Notes: generated by a model not told the origin, from the letters alone. A stretch of 64,000 nt of DNA from a virus (IMGVR_UViG_3300028591_000081:1-64000), one strand, 5' to 3'. Counted from the first letter of the stretch, positions 29,501 to 38,554 are shown. Program-made: numbers and translations.

Positions 29501-29867
29501 AAAGATGAAGACGGGAATCGGCAATAATCGTCTCATCACACGATGCTCCCATCAAGCACACTTCCGAACCGCCGTCAGGAGTCACAAGAAGTAATATCGT
29601 GTGGCCGGTCGGATAATCATTCTGACCTTCAGGAATGGAAGAGAACCCATCGGCGATGACGTTCACCTCAGTACCAAGAGAGGCTATGGAAGGCAGAATA
29701 CAATACGTGCCCTCTAAAGCATTCGAAGCTGTCATCCGGCTAATCTCGGACACAGACAACTTTGGTTCCGTCAGAAGCACTCGGACGGTGATATTGAAAT
29801 CCCGCGACTTCAAACTGCTCAATAATGTACGCCCCTCAACGGATATTCCTGACCGATCTAATGCCAT
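23544..29867 (-). CDS. Long tail fibre protein (2107 aa)
   Basis: Ser/Thr/Gly-rich; PTKTSDLTNDSG repeats, YVTLST.Q.ITG.K.F repeats, PTLN.NG.GA modules; followed by chaperone; start MALDRSG with RBS GAGG. Confidence 0.85.
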   Translation of the reverse strand: MALDRSGISVEGRTLLSSLKSRDFNITVRVLLTEPKLSVSEISRMTASNALEGTYCILPSIASLGTEVNVIADGFSSIPEGQNDYPTGHTILLLVTPDGGSEVCLMGASCDETIIADSRLHLLINLEETDGIFKPSVDFDSYVPQGIIHDMFSSVNDSLGHYVTVDTNQTVTGQKVFTGITKVSSPLDADNVYFQLQTGGDLNTQSPFSSLRFVDMHRTMLGGVRFESSRNGTNQFLMSFVERYDSNYAFVSGIVDQKLVSNHYNVLVDDSCVFFGSTNEPPVGAWHEAARALSDYYAESSDIGRRQAATYSATEDYRERIRLRKVLYQEQVTDTPAGTVKTYVDLYAQNITNVADMVKFQYTETETYTLRLWNDQAGDVVDTPITGPVPHDLLTISKDGGVYSTHFRGGYEIGNAAYSFGSAGSLAFETSIPVNADNVHLPTSYAVKDYVDSSVSSTINAISTAISSLNLGTASTKNFSTDMNTPENLPTTFAITSYISNQGFATTSQLPTKTSDLTNDSGFITAQDLPNVPDVVSAFTNDAGYITSAALPTKTSDLTNDSGFLTASSLPTKTSDLTNDSGYITAQDIPSIPSKTSDLTNDSGYITSSDLPTYPTVPSNVSSFNNDVGYITASDIPPIPSKTSDLTNDSGYITSASLPTQVSDLTNDSGFITASSLPTKVSDLMNDSGFITDSDSAITNKALASEAVYSGTYDSNSKKILLKNKANTTLAEIDATAFIKDGMVSQAEVSNGNLVITFNTDAGKNPISVPISDIFDANNYYTKTEADSTFLTSHQSLSNYVTLSTAQDITGDKTFLGDFSSDTGLVEDENDSERVTQRKITFSGGEATLYDLQTSACGGGYLQRVYVSEIFQDGPTLRIRPTSQQGSGNVSSTVGSVSIGDSRAWVDIDSSISIYSNSSIYITTDALILPTATNVYVRPASGYNNISLQDYVDSRIPTVPTDVSDLNNDAGYITSADLPSLTNYVTLSTDQDITGNKDFFGSLSSNSDVGTSSFGITRDRVILKNGTSIFSHAEGGATGGGYDVQYRSSQIYQGAYGLHIEPKAYSSYYGDNGQLMSEPSSSTKEGNVYIGVESTGSYIMVNNTTSGGYTKLNGRLYLPKASEITVSSENNSSNIALSTYIQSLIPSQATVNNATLTIQKNGTTVQTFTANSATNKTANITVPTAMADLSDSSSYVLQRGQEFVEGVYENDEFWVQSSQASLYNGMCLNIYVPVKVRTNSINVKIGNSWIQHYIYYRGYDSYHSPVIHAGSMLSLTFHNTDSAHIGWYADSYDIAHWKQRPEDFTKNFVGRTLPTDSTFTQTLHNTYGVFSGLNFLMMDTEGNWYPFLAIDSAESPAPPISGKSFNVSQIVWNAESGYDYGGTGVFFSSHPKASIKRLMHYITWTPPCDLCRYDSQQNLYSDFDLYMRSCDSSRTSDVRTLVTNILNGHISSGGTISGTVSACVDSIMTSVSQGRFPIFICSKYREGAWEAIRDGMYTLNVCGGYIEGVASEDKFAEFIQYKEGAPVWLNLQRNSAGGLYPLHLSFWPCFYADQGTFYDTDACVLVGFMTGVDNLNFIQDHPVYYNAGSNADWDLRPYQVKEKLVDANIQGSFIGNIHLPYGTCYTTKATAAKIVNSLYGFYRSPLVFEDGDLIFVEFSNGNTSSSPTLNINGTGAVAVRTSPATYLGNVSEGETLLLRYDTTYNSNNPSDSRSKTWYVVNSSSASTLYTARTVDGVSFNGSANVTHYCTCSIDPGTAPKTVTVSGFVLETGARVTVKFSYSNTASNPTLNVYNGSAYTGAKAIKYRGTSSVSDSSNYYRWQAGDIIDFIYDGTNWVMVGWQTYAYNAYSASSAVSATYATYLRYSTTNLLTAADTSTVTSAATIRPSSNGGSSLGTTGYKWNYVYANYIGTSSYPVSTAYITDMQGTASKATSDASGNTITTTYLKSVTLVNSSGTDLTSSGTVGVNETGNYVVPNNWPVLLRLTKGSGTATDIGLRSLLCSYLMGIPRTNTSTSSSSALDVNGAEGCIAILQVYRTSSSSTIPRGRLVSSYSTVSVHGISASGTSGTLEWTSGSETVSGTWVALNYTTASSGSYNYCLVLAIRIW
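27785..28345 (-). repeat. Nine tandem P-x-K-T-S-D-L-T-N-D-S-G-[FY]-I-T repeats in the tail fibre
   Basis: Visible in translation; exact 40-nt duplicate at 28048-28087 and 28114-28153. Confidence 0.9.
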
Positions 29868-29919
29868 AACTCGCCTCTCTGTACGTATGTAGTCTATTTC
29901 CAGAACGTAATAGATGCAC

Positions 29920-29949
29920 AAAAAAAGGCATCATGTGGGATGATGCCTT
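29920..29949 (-). terminator. Intrinsic terminator
   Basis: AAGGCATCAT-loop-ATGATGCCTT plus U tract on the minus strand. Confidence 0.75.
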
Positions 29950-29979
29950 AAATTTGATACACGAGCTGTGGAACGGAGT

Positions 29980-30285
29980 CTACCCAATAATCTTCAAAGC
30001 CAGTAATCCGTCTATGGCTTTCTGTGCAACGTCACAGAAATGATCAACGTCATTCTTCGCCATTCGAAGGTCTTGAGGACTCTCTGAAACTTCCGCTCGA
30101 TTGATAGAATGTTCTGCATCTCTGGATGCGGCCTGAACATAGTTCAGAAAAGACTTGGCGACACAGATGTCTTCCACTCCAAGACTATTGATGGTGTCCA
30201 GCAACCCTTCCATCTTCTTCATACGAGCTTCCTGTTTTCGTGTCTTACACAGTTCGGATTCATGCACTCTTTGCAACTTTCTCAT
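29980..30285 (-). CDS. Hypothetical helical protein
   Basis: 101-aa ORF with basic N-terminus. Confidence 0.6.
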   Translation of the reverse strand: MRKLQRVHESELCKTRKQEARMKKMEGLLDTINSLGVEDICVAKSFLNYVQAASRDAEHSINRAEVSESPQDLRMAKNDVDHFCDVAQKAIDGLLALKIIG

Positions 30286-30949
30286 AACCTGTCTCCAAAA
30301 ACTTCACAAGGGAACTGACACACTGCAACACCCCCTTTCGCTTGTCGGTACGCTCTACCCTAAGCCGTATGGGGCAATGGATTTCCAGCATGTCTTCAAT
30401 CATGTCAGGAACACTCAGTACATAGTGATGAAGTGCCTTACCATCTTCCTCTACCAAAGAATACAAACGAAACGCCTTTCCGAACTTGTCCGTGCCGTCA
30501 GCCACGAAACTCCACCTTGAATACACCACATCCCGAACCCCGGTGACAGGCGTGTAAACAGGAACCCCGCGATCCCGTTTTTTACCTCGAACCAAACCCA
30601 TCTGATTCAAGGCCGTCCGAAAGATTGATACGAAGAGGCCCAACATCTCTTCAGGAACCCCCTTCTTGGTACTCAAGGCTTCAATCAAGGACACTAGAGA
30701 TTGCCCATACCGAAGAGATGAAGGGGATTTGAGGTAACGTTCTGCATACTGACCAATAGAGTTCAGAACTTCTTTGGCGTAATCCATAAGAGTAGAACTA
30801 TCCTGACCCTCCATCTCAGGAGCAGTGCCCTCGGTAAGGTGCTTTAAGACCGCCCCGTAAGGGTCTGAATGACCACTCAGCACAAACCACGTGACATACA
30901 GGCATGTTTTGGCCAACGGAAGAACACAAACCTCACTCTGTTCAGACAT
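30260..30949 (-). CDS. Hypothetical protein
   Basis: ORF with likely start MSEQSEV. Confidence 0.6.
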   Translation of the reverse strand: MSEQSEVCVLPLAKTCLYVTWFVLSGHSDPYGAVLKHLTEGTAPEMEGQDSSTLMDYAKEVLNSIGQYAERYLKSPSSLRYGQSLVSLIEALSTKKGVPEEMLGLFVSIFRTALNQMGLVRGKKRDRGVPVYTPVTGVRDVVYSRWSFVADGTDKFGKAFRLYSLVEEDGKALHHYVLSVPDMIEDMLEIHCPIRLRVERTDKRKGVLQCVSSLVKFLETGYEKVAKSA

Positions 30950-31109
30950 CAAACACCTACCAAGCCGAAAAGCGTTAAAGAAGCAACTGCGTAAGACAAC
31001 AGTGACACACTGCACAAAGGCAACGTAAGGTTTGATAAAGACCCTGCCTCATGTGGTACAATGCTCACGGTACCCGTAAATCCATAAATGAGAACTTACG
31101 GGTACCAGC

Positions 31110-31526
31110 TCACTTCTCTTCTTGATTCATTTGTCGCCTACGTCCCGCCTCGAACCATGACTGCGGATAGTGCCCATTCGCAACCTTATACTGTTCGCGG
31201 ACGACACCGCAAACGTCCGTAACACCATGTTCGTGCAGTGCAGATTCCTTTCCTACGTTTGGGTCGTTCTCCCACGCATTCCTCCTCCATGCCTGCACCT
31301 TTGCGTCCTTCGTACCTTCTATCCATCTCTCGGTCGCGTCGTTGTACTCCTGCCTAACAATGCTGTAAACGACCCAGTGTGAGTTGCCGTAGATGGAAAG
31401 CATCCTGTCGATTTGGGCGATCTCGAACCGCATCTCGAATCGGTCGTTCAGGCCAGTGGGTGTCCACACGATGATTGTGCCGTCCTTCACGCGTCCTCGA
31501 AATCCAGTGTTGTTTCTTCGCTTCAT
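31110..31526 (-). CDS. Hypothetical protein
   Basis: Likely start MKRRNNTG with GGAG RBS. Confidence 0.55.
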   Translation of the reverse strand: MKRRNNTGFRGRVKDGTIIVWTPTGLNDRFEMRFEIAQIDRMLSIYGNSHWVVYSIVRQEYNDATERWIEGTKDAKVQAWRRNAWENDPNVGKESALHEHGVTDVCGVVREQYKVANGHYPQSWFEAGRRRQMNQEEK

Positions 31527-31576
31527 GTTGCGCAAATCTCCATTTTTCTCCACATGTTCAAAAAGTGACAACACGC

Positions 31577-32089
31577 TTATAAGTAAGGACGCAGTTCACA
31601 CATACGTAGAAATCCGCTCACTGCTTCCTTATTCATCTGACAGAGTTCCGTGCCTACCATGTCAAATAAACGTCTTGAAGCCACATAAGAATCGTCGTCA
31701 TGGTGTTTATCGAGCAGATATACCACACGACGAATTCCTGTTTGGATGATAGCTTTTGCACATTCATTGCATGGGTACAAGGTACAGTACAATGTGCACC
31801 CCTTTACGGAAACAATAGAGTTGAGGATGCAGTTAAGCTCTGCATGGACGACGTATGGGTATTTTGTGTCAAGCCACACACCCTCTCTTCCTGAAGGAAG
31901 TTGCTCGTCATCCACACCCTTTGGGAATCCATTGTACCCAGTTCCGACAATGTGGTTATCTCCATCGACAAGCACAGCACCCACTTTCGTGTTGAGGTCT
32001 TTACTTTTCAAAGACGTAACAAGTGCTATGGACATGAAAAATGCATCCCATCGTTCCTGACTGTTAAACTGTTCAGTGTCTTCTGACAT
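31577..32089 (-). CDS. dCMP deaminase
   Basis: SKD..TKVGA, GYNG, HAE, PCNEC zinc motifs. Confidence 0.95.
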   Translation of the reverse strand: MSEDTEQFNSQERWDAFFMSIALVTSLKSKDLNTKVGAVLVDGDNHIVGTGYNGFPKGVDDEQLPSGREGVWLDTKYPYVVHAELNCILNSIVSVKGCTLYCTLYPCNECAKAIIQTGIRRVVYLLDKHHDDDSYVASRRLFDMVGTELCQMNKEAVSGFLRMCELRPYL

Positions 32090-32167
32090 AAATCCTCTAC
32101 CCTTCAAGAATCAGTCCTCATAAGGACTGAAATAAACTCCGCACACTCTTCATAATTTCCGTCGAAA

Positions 32168-32932
32168 TCATCGAGAGTCCGTCTGACAGTTCAATCGGTT
32201 CGATGCATCGACTTTGCCTACACCGTGATTAGAGATGTCTGGAAACAAGGATCGTTGGGCACGATCCTCGTAAGCATTCGCCGTGCTCTGGATCGTAGAC
32301 TCAAGATAGGCGGTAAGTTCAGGAAGCTCTCGGCTGGTTTGTAACACTTCATCGAACCCGAACGCAGACGCGTATAAGCTATTTATCGAGCGTTCCACGG
32401 CATGGAAATTCTGGTACACATCATCACACAACCCCTTCTGAGATACTACTCCAGAAAAGGATTCCGTAAATACCTTATAGAGGCTCAAAGTGTCCTGATC
32501 CGACAGAGGAAAGGGTGCATAAGGCCGTAACGGAAAACTCGCCAGAGGTGAACCGCATGAATCTGAACTGTATGAGGAATACAGGCTTACAGAGTTCAGC
32601 TTCTTGGATACCACGCAATAGAACGTGGTGGGAAGCACAAAATGAGTGCCGTTGCTTGCCTGAGTAAGAATCCCCGGACGCGAGAAATTCCTCATCTGCG
32701 TGAATGAAGCGTAACTATGAATAAGCATCTGAGAAAATGCCTCATAATACTCAGTCATTCCAGAGAGCTTTTTGACCGGGAACTCCATCGCGGTGTATGA
32801 ACCTTCACATGGAAGACTGCACACCAGAGGGGACTTTCCAAAATCCTTGCGAACATTACGCAAGGATTTTCGGCTCTGGACAACATCTCTCGGTGCCCAT
32901 CCAGAACGGCTTTTGACACGTATCTTTTTCAT
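32168..32932 (-). CDS. Hypothetical protein
   Basis: 254-aa ORF with basic N-terminus, downstream of a box promoter. Confidence 0.6.
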   Translation of the reverse strand: MKKIRVKSRSGWAPRDVVQSRKSLRNVRKDFGKSPLVCSLPCEGSYTAMEFPVKKLSGMTEYYEAFSQMLIHSYASFTQMRNFSRPGILTQASNGTHFVLPTTFYCVVSKKLNSVSLYSSYSSDSCGSPLASFPLRPYAPFPLSDQDTLSLYKVFTESFSGVVSQKGLCDDVYQNFHAVERSINSLYASAFGFDEVLQTSRELPELTAYLESTIQSTANAYEDRAQRSLFPDISNHGVGKVDASNRLNCQTDSR

Positions 32933-32992
32933 ATCTACTCACTCCATATTTATCAGAAAGTTCAAGTGGTTAGCCATCCTTGCTACATGTAC

Positions 32993-33034
32993 AGTATAAC
33001 ATGATGTTCAGTTCTTCTCGGAATCAGCACCATT
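32993..33034 (-). promoter_or_regulatory. Box promoter (overlaps the helicase 3' end)
   Basis: AATGGTGCTGAT-N19-CATGTTATACT. Confidence 0.7.
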
Positions 33035-35116
33035 AAAGTCCTTCAGGCAGTCCATGTGATCTGCGAACATGGGGGCGTCCTGTGTTCCATACTGCTGTCC
33101 GGCAGTATAAATCTCAAGGCTGTCATTCGCACGTGACACGGCAACATACGTGGCCTGTGAGGCAGACTTGGAATTGAGATTGTAGTTCTTGCTAGGAACA
33201 TACTCCCCTTGACGAGTGTCAATCTTTCCAACATCCCCATACACAACCATCACTTTTTTCCACTCAAGGCCCTGAGCCTTGTTGACGGTCGTGGCATAGT
33301 TCGGGGCAAAGTGTCCAATGAAATCACCCCAAGAGATCCTTGCGGACTTCATCTCAAGAGCGTCTCCCTTGGCCGAAGAACTGATGTCCCTAGGAAGCAT
33401 CTGACTTTTAATCAGCACATCCCCACCATCCATAATCGCGAGACAGGATTCGTTGCGAAGAAATTTCTTCGAGTAAGTAATTTCCAGAGACGGACTCGAA
33501 CCCTCACCAAACTTGAAGTTCTCCAAAGGTCGTACCCTGATGGCCCGCTTGGACATACGGTCACGAATCCATGCTTCGTTATCGCGCCACATTTCAAAGT
33601 AATTCCAATCCCCACGTTTGGGCATATAGAATATCGGAAGCATGTCGTGTTCATCATCCTTGAGAGCAGACTCCATACGAAGCATGTTTATCAGGCCAGC
33701 GCACGCATTACTTCCTGTCACGACCATCTCCCCATCTTCAGGAGTTCTGTGTACATACTCCTGAAGATCTACATCATCTACACGAAACCGAGTAAAGTTA
33801 CGGGATCTGGTACCAGCCACATTCCACACGAAGTCAATCAAGTCATTCGAGCTTGCGCGGTGGTTCTCCGTCAACTTGGTCACTGGATAATTCTGCATAA
33901 GCATGTACAGGAGATTCCCTCGGCCAAGGAAAGAACCTATCTGACTAATGTCTCCCATGCACACAAAACTTGCGTCCTTATCCAGTGCCATCTGAGCAAT
34001 GGAAATGAACGTGTCAAGCTGTTCGAGGCCCCACTGGGAAAGCTCATCAATACAATAAACATTATATGCGGAAACCCATGAATGCATCCTAGCGGTATTC
34101 GCACACAGGTTGTACATCGTAATCGAGCATGGTGTCGTAGGGCAACCTGCAAGATTTGCACGACGCGCCCCATTCAAGGCCACCAGTGTGGACAGAGACA
34201 CCATCAGATTCTTACCACCATTGAAACTCGGAACGAACCAATCCTCAATAGCTCTATGCGTCTTGCCCGTCCCGGCGAGCCCGACGTAAATCCCAAGACG
34301 ATTCTCTTTGTTCAGAGTGTCAAGAATACGACGAAGCATCTTGAGTTTCTCTACGGTTTTAGTCTGAACAAATCCACCTACACCACTCTCACACACGCGG
34401 GTACACTGCTCTTTAACGGCCTTATTAAAGGCTTCACGAAGTTCATCAACATTGAGTTTCACGCCATGAGAAGCATAGTAAGAGATAATGGATGTAGAGG
34501 TATCGCCGCCCACCAGAGCTTGAAACTTAGCCCTAAGTGCATCCGGGGTAGAAGAAGCACGACAACGATCCCATTCCTCATACGCCGCCCCAACCGAACC
34601 GTCGGAACGTTTCACATAACAATTCTTTTTGAGAAGGTTGGGATTGCTGAACACCTCATCCAACAGGTACTCAATCAGCTCATCGCCTTGAAGGGCACAA
34701 AATTCAGTTACTCCTTCGGCGATAAACTTCAGGAAGCTACGCTTGAAAATGGCACGGCGTAAGGTGTTCGGACGTTCTGAAAGGTGCGTGATATCCTCCA
34801 ACGACACGTACTTTCTCGACACTCTTTCCGAATTGAGGATATCCCACCCGAGTAAATCCAGTTTGTCGTCCTTTGCGTCGTATCCAGAGGCAAAGTCAGC
34901 CACCACCTTGTCGATTTCCTTGTCCTGCGACATGGTATTCTTATACTGCAACAGGTCATTCCGAAAATCTCGGATGGTCTTTTTCGGCTTCAAAACCTTC
35001 TTGCTCTTTTTCGCAGATTTCATCGAATCTGCCAAAGTACCTTCACCTTCAGAATCGAAGAGACCAAACCCTTCCTGAAACACACTACCAAGATCTATAT
35101 CGAAATTTCCGCTCAT
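33008..35116 (-). CDS. SF1B (RecD/Dda-like) helicase
   Basis: GLAGTGKT, IDE, GD..Q, LTENHR, YATTVNKAQG.EW, YVAVSRA. Confidence 0.85.
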   Translation of the reverse strand: MSGNFDIDLGSVFQEGFGLFDSEGEGTLADSMKSAKKSKKVLKPKKTIRDFRNDLLQYKNTMSQDKEIDKVVADFASGYDAKDDKLDLLGWDILNSERVSRKYVSLEDITHLSERPNTLRRAIFKRSFLKFIAEGVTEFCALQGDELIEYLLDEVFSNPNLLKKNCYVKRSDGSVGAAYEEWDRCRASSTPDALRAKFQALVGGDTSTSIISYYASHGVKLNVDELREAFNKAVKEQCTRVCESGVGGFVQTKTVEKLKMLRRILDTLNKENRLGIYVGLAGTGKTHRAIEDWFVPSFNGGKNLMVSLSTLVALNGARRANLAGCPTTPCSITMYNLCANTARMHSWVSAYNVYCIDELSQWGLEQLDTFISIAQMALDKDASFVCMGDISQIGSFLGRGNLLYMLMQNYPVTKLTENHRASSNDLIDFVWNVAGTRSRNFTRFRVDDVDLQEYVHRTPEDGEMVVTGSNACAGLINMLRMESALKDDEHDMLPIFYMPKRGDWNYFEMWRDNEAWIRDRMSKRAIRVRPLENFKFGEGSSPSLEITYSKKFLRNESCLAIMDGGDVLIKSQMLPRDISSSAKGDALEMKSARISWGDFIGHFAPNYATTVNKAQGLEWKKVMVVYGDVGKIDTRQGEYVPSKNYNLNSKSASQATYVAVSRANDSLEIYTAGQQYGTQDAPMFADHMDCLKDFNGADSEKN

Positions 35117-35163
35117 GGTCTACCCTCAACAGTTCGTGAAAAAGTCTCACAAGAGACTCACAG

Positions 35164-35205
35164 AACATACCACAGATTCATCCAAAGACGGGATTCAGCA
35201 CCACA
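35164..35205 (-). promoter_or_regulatory. Box promoter (before helicase)
   Basis: TGTGGTGCTGAA-N19-TGTGGTATGTT. Confidence 0.75.
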
Positions 35206-35241
35206 AACCAACAAAAAATCCCGCATCACTGCGGGATACAT

Positions 35242-35646
35242 TCATGCGTCGGAGTCATGGAAATGAAATATCTTCAAAGGTTTCGAGTATGCCTCATATC
35301 CGGCCCATGGCTTGTCCTTGTAATCGTGATTGTAGACACTCGGACCAAACCTTCCCCAATCAGAGACGTTGTAGCATGAAGAGAAGGTAGGCTTCCCGTT
35401 GTACATATCACCATGTGCTCCAGCCCGCTCCATCTCCCACACAACCGTCCGAAACAGCGGTACACCAGTCTTTCGTTCCCTCACCACCAAATCCATACGA
35501 GCGTGGCCATTCTCATCGAACAGCTTTTCCCACACATCAAAGGCTTCATCATAGGACTCACTGGTAAACACCGTCTGTACAGGGGAGGCAAGTTTAAGCT
35601 CAACCACCTCATACGACATGAAATGTGGATTCTCTTCTCTTCCCAT
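35242..35646 (-). CDS. Hypothetical protein
   Basis: 134-aa ORF followed by hairpin terminator at ~35213-35238. Confidence 0.6.
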   Translation of the reverse strand: MGREENPHFMSYEVVELKLASPVQTVFTSESYDEAFDVWEKLFDENGHARMDLVVRERKTGVPLFRTVVWEMERAGAHGDMYNGKPTFSSCYNVSDWGRFGPSVYNHDYKDKPWAGYEAYSKPLKIFHFHDSDA

Positions 35647-35658
35647 TACCCACCTCTA

Positions 35659-36897
35659 TCACAGAACCAGCTTGGCCAATTCTTCTTCGTCTAACACCTC
35701 GCAGTCCGAAATTCCCTTATCTGGACGCCACGCTTCAATCGTACAATGGGTAAGACGCTTGTTCACCCCTGAAATATCCTGACCGGACAGTGTGGCAACA
35801 CGACCATAAAACTCCTGTTTGAGGCAAGGTTTCCCGTTGGCATCATAGTCCGTCATCTCTACACGCAAGTCCTGAGGGATTCCAGCCACGCGCCCAATCT
35901 CTCGTATAATCACCCGACCATCTGCTTGCTTGACCTGACAAGAGAAGATCAAACCTCCGATGTAATTCTCATTGGCCTTACCCTGTGTGGCTTCTGTAAA
36001 CCCGGTAATCCATGCATCCAAATCCTTGGCCAGATCACACTTTACGGTACGTTTGAGTTTGATCATGTCGTCAGAGCGCGATGTCGTAGAAGTGTACGGT
36101 GCGTCGGTACGCTTGGCGACTATGCCCTCCCGTCCCTCACGCAACATCCTCTCATAAAACTCCCGCTTGTTCGTTAAAGTGTACTCGTTGATCATACACA
36201 TGAACCCAGCATCTTTCAATGCTTTCGCGAGCTTCTCAGCATGAACATGACGTTCCTTCCACGGAAGAGAACGAATATCCACCCCGTCATACAGACAATC
36301 GAAGATGACGAACATCAACGGATTATTCTTCTGAATCTCCAAACTCTGAGCAGGATCCAAGGAAAGAAGTGCGGACGTGGAGTTTAGCTGGGACGTACAC
36401 ACCTTCCGTGTAGCAGTGTTTGAGTTTGTAGAGATCACCTCACAATCCAGAACAAAAGAAGTGTCGGAGTGAAAGTTGCCGAAGACACGAACATTGTTCC
36501 GATACGAGATGGGTAAGAAATCATCCACACTGTTATGACGGGAGTAGAAGTCAAACTTTTGAGTATCCGCGTCAAACAGGACTACCGCCCTGTTTCCGTC
36601 GATTTTCTCTTCCACTGCATATTTGCCATCGTTCTTCCAGATCGCTATCTGGGTTGCCTCTTTGCACTGTGCATATCGCTTGCACAGCATCGGACAATCC
36701 ATCGTAAGCATAAACCTAAGCGGAAACGGAACGTTCTCAGGTTCACCGTACTGCTCGACCAAATAATCCGCACGCAAGGCACGAATGAAATCTTCCTTCT
36801 TGAACTTCCCATTCTTGCCGGAAGGGGTAACAGACAAACCTCTTGTCAGACATTCATCCGACAACTGCTCCAAGGTACGCGTCGATTCCAAAGCCAT
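35659..36897 (-). CDS. ATP-dependent DNA ligase
   Basis: EEKIDGNR (motif I), LDCE, IFDCL, EGIVAK, MIKLK, C-terminal OB fold WRPDK. Confidence 0.9.
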   Translation of the reverse strand: MALESTRTLEQLSDECLTRGLSVTPSGKNGKFKKEDFIRALRADYLVEQYGEPENVPFPLRFMLTMDCPMLCKRYAQCKEATQIAIWKNDGKYAVEEKIDGNRAVVLFDADTQKFDFYSRHNSVDDFLPISYRNNVRVFGNFHSDTSFVLDCEVISTNSNTATRKVCTSQLNSTSALLSLDPAQSLEIQKNNPLMFVIFDCLYDGVDIRSLPWKERHVHAEKLAKALKDAGFMCMINEYTLTNKREFYERMLREGREGIVAKRTDAPYTSTTSRSDDMIKLKRTVKCDLAKDLDAWITGFTEATQGKANENYIGGLIFSCQVKQADGRVIIREIGRVAGIPQDLRVEMTDYDANGKPCLKQEFYGRVATLSGQDISGVNKRLTHCTIEAWRPDKGISDCEVLDEEELAKLVL

Positions 36898-36952
36898 AAT
36901 TACACTCTCCTAACAAAGTCCAACAAAGCACCCACACGACCCAACGCCATAA

Positions 36953-38032
36953 TCACCCGCCACACGAACCACCACCTCCACATTTAGGCTCGTACTCCCG
37001 ATTGACCGTGGAAGGTGGCGGGTAGTGGCTGATCTCTTTCCAAGAGGACACATCATACGGATTCTTTGTTCGTGCGGTCAAAAGCTCTGCCAAATTTCTA
37101 AGATCGGGTGGGATGGAATTTTGAGAACGAAAGGCCGTGTTTAGAACACTGATCACATGCTGACAGACATCGCTCTCATGCAAAGCATCCCCAACATACG
37201 AAATCAAGGTAGGGGAGTCGATGTCCCAATCCAACCGAACTGTGCCGTCAGGAAACACCACAATGTCGTTTATGAACCCATAGTTTCCTTTCCGAATAAA
37301 GGTGGAAGGCAGTCCTCGGTGAAACCTAACCTCGTATGGAGTATCTCCGAGCCTATTGTAATGGAACACAAAGGTATCACATACCAAACATCCGCCACTT
37401 CGGACATACGAAAGGGATGGGGACTCAAATAGGTGCCCAAGGAAGGCGTTGTTGATGGTGTGTAGTTGTTCTTCAGATAATTTCCTATAATCCCATCTGA
37501 AATTCAGCGAGGAAGAGAACTTCGAGGCAACTCCAACAAGGTCTTCAGCATCCTTCGAGCTAAAATGAACAGAAGACTCCTCATCTACCAGCCGGTTGAT
37601 ACGTACTGGCACCCAACTGTTCACCTCACTTAAAAACGCGGCGTCATCATCACGAAACACAGTTTCGACATGTCTCGAAACATTGATGCCACACAGGTTC
37701 CTCCGATACTTAGAAATGAGGTCTATGGCATCCTTGGTCTCAATGCCTTTTGGAAATGATGTGTTGATGAACACCTTTTTACCATGTTTTGAAGCCACTT
37801 GAAGAATCTGCTCAAGACCTTCAAGATTTGAAAACGGCTCACCGCCGGACACAACAACCTCACGAATCCCTGTTAAACACATTGATTCCAAAGACATCAA
37901 CACCTTTGGCAGAGAACACTCCATGGAGCTATAAAATTCCTTGGAAGTACAAAAAGGGCAATGCTTGTCACAATCCCAAGGAACGAATACGGTCACGCTC
38001 AAATTCGACCTACCAACCAAAAATTTCATCAC
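36953..38032 (-). CDS. Radical SAM protein
   Basis: CDKHCPFC, SGGEP, INTS; C-terminal CGGGGSCGG tail. Confidence 0.85.
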   Translation of the reverse strand: MMKFLVGRSNLSVTVFVPWDCDKHCPFCTSKEFYSSMECSLPKVLMSLESMCLTGIREVVVSGGEPFSNLEGLEQILQVASKHGKKVFINTSFPKGIETKDAIDLISKYRRNLCGINVSRHVETVFRDDDAAFLSEVNSWVPVRINRLVDEESSVHFSSKDAEDLVGVASKFSSSLNFRWDYRKLSEEQLHTINNAFLGHLFESPSLSYVRSGGCLVCDTFVFHYNRLGDTPYEVRFHRGLPSTFIRKGNYGFINDIVVFPDGTVRLDWDIDSPTLISYVGDALHESDVCQHVISVLNTAFRSQNSIPPDLRNLAELLTARTKNPYDVSSWKEISHYPPPSTVNREYEPKCGGGGSCGG

Positions 38033-38044
38033 ACATTCCCTCCA

Positions 38045-38452
38045 TTACCATGTTCCGTCAGTGAACATCTCGCGGTCCAGATACCACTCCTTGTTGTCAT
38101 GGGCACCGTACTTCTTAAACCGTTTCGTCTTGGTGTCGAAGTACTCTCCGCGTTCTGTCTCAGTGTACCGAATATACGGACAAGCCTCTTTGAAAGCCTT
38201 TTTGCGAATGCCGGACATGATTCCGCTGAAGCTACGCATCGAAGGAAACGGCGAATCATTGTCGAACTTCAGCCCGGTGGGTCTGCAACAAATCCAGCCC
38301 TTAGACGGAAACGGACGACACGAATAGGCGAACATCCGCTCATCGTGTTCAGCACTAATCTCAGCACAACGCACAAGGTAATCCAGAGCCGTAATCTGCT
38401 TGTCCGTATATCCGTCACGTTTCAGAATCTGTACCGTCTCAGGCTTCAACAT
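38045..38452 (-). CDS. Hypothetical protein
   Basis: RBS GGAGGT; first gene after a box promoter. Confidence 0.6.
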   Translation of the reverse strand: MLKPETVQILKRDGYTDKQITALDYLVRCAEISAEHDERMFAYSCRPFPSKGWICCRPTGLKFDNDSPFPSMRSFSGIMSGIRKKAFKEACPYIRYTETERGEYFDTKTKRFKKYGAHDNKEWYLDREMFTDGTW

Positions 38453-38512
38453 AGCTACCTCCACAACATCGAAGGATTCCCGGCCCGACCATCGAACCGG
38501 CTGACGGGTAGA

Positions 38513-38554
38513 AGTATAACACAGCCTTTTGAACGTTCTCGGTTCAGCACCACA
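38513..38554 (-). promoter_or_regulatory. Box promoter
   Basis: TGTGGTGCTGAA-N19-TGTGTTATACT. Confidence 0.8.

Noticed and set aside
36953-38032. 7-deazaguanine DNA-modification pathway (QueE)
   Set aside because: No queC, queD, folE or dpdA-like genes in the window, and the sequence lacks obvious QueE features
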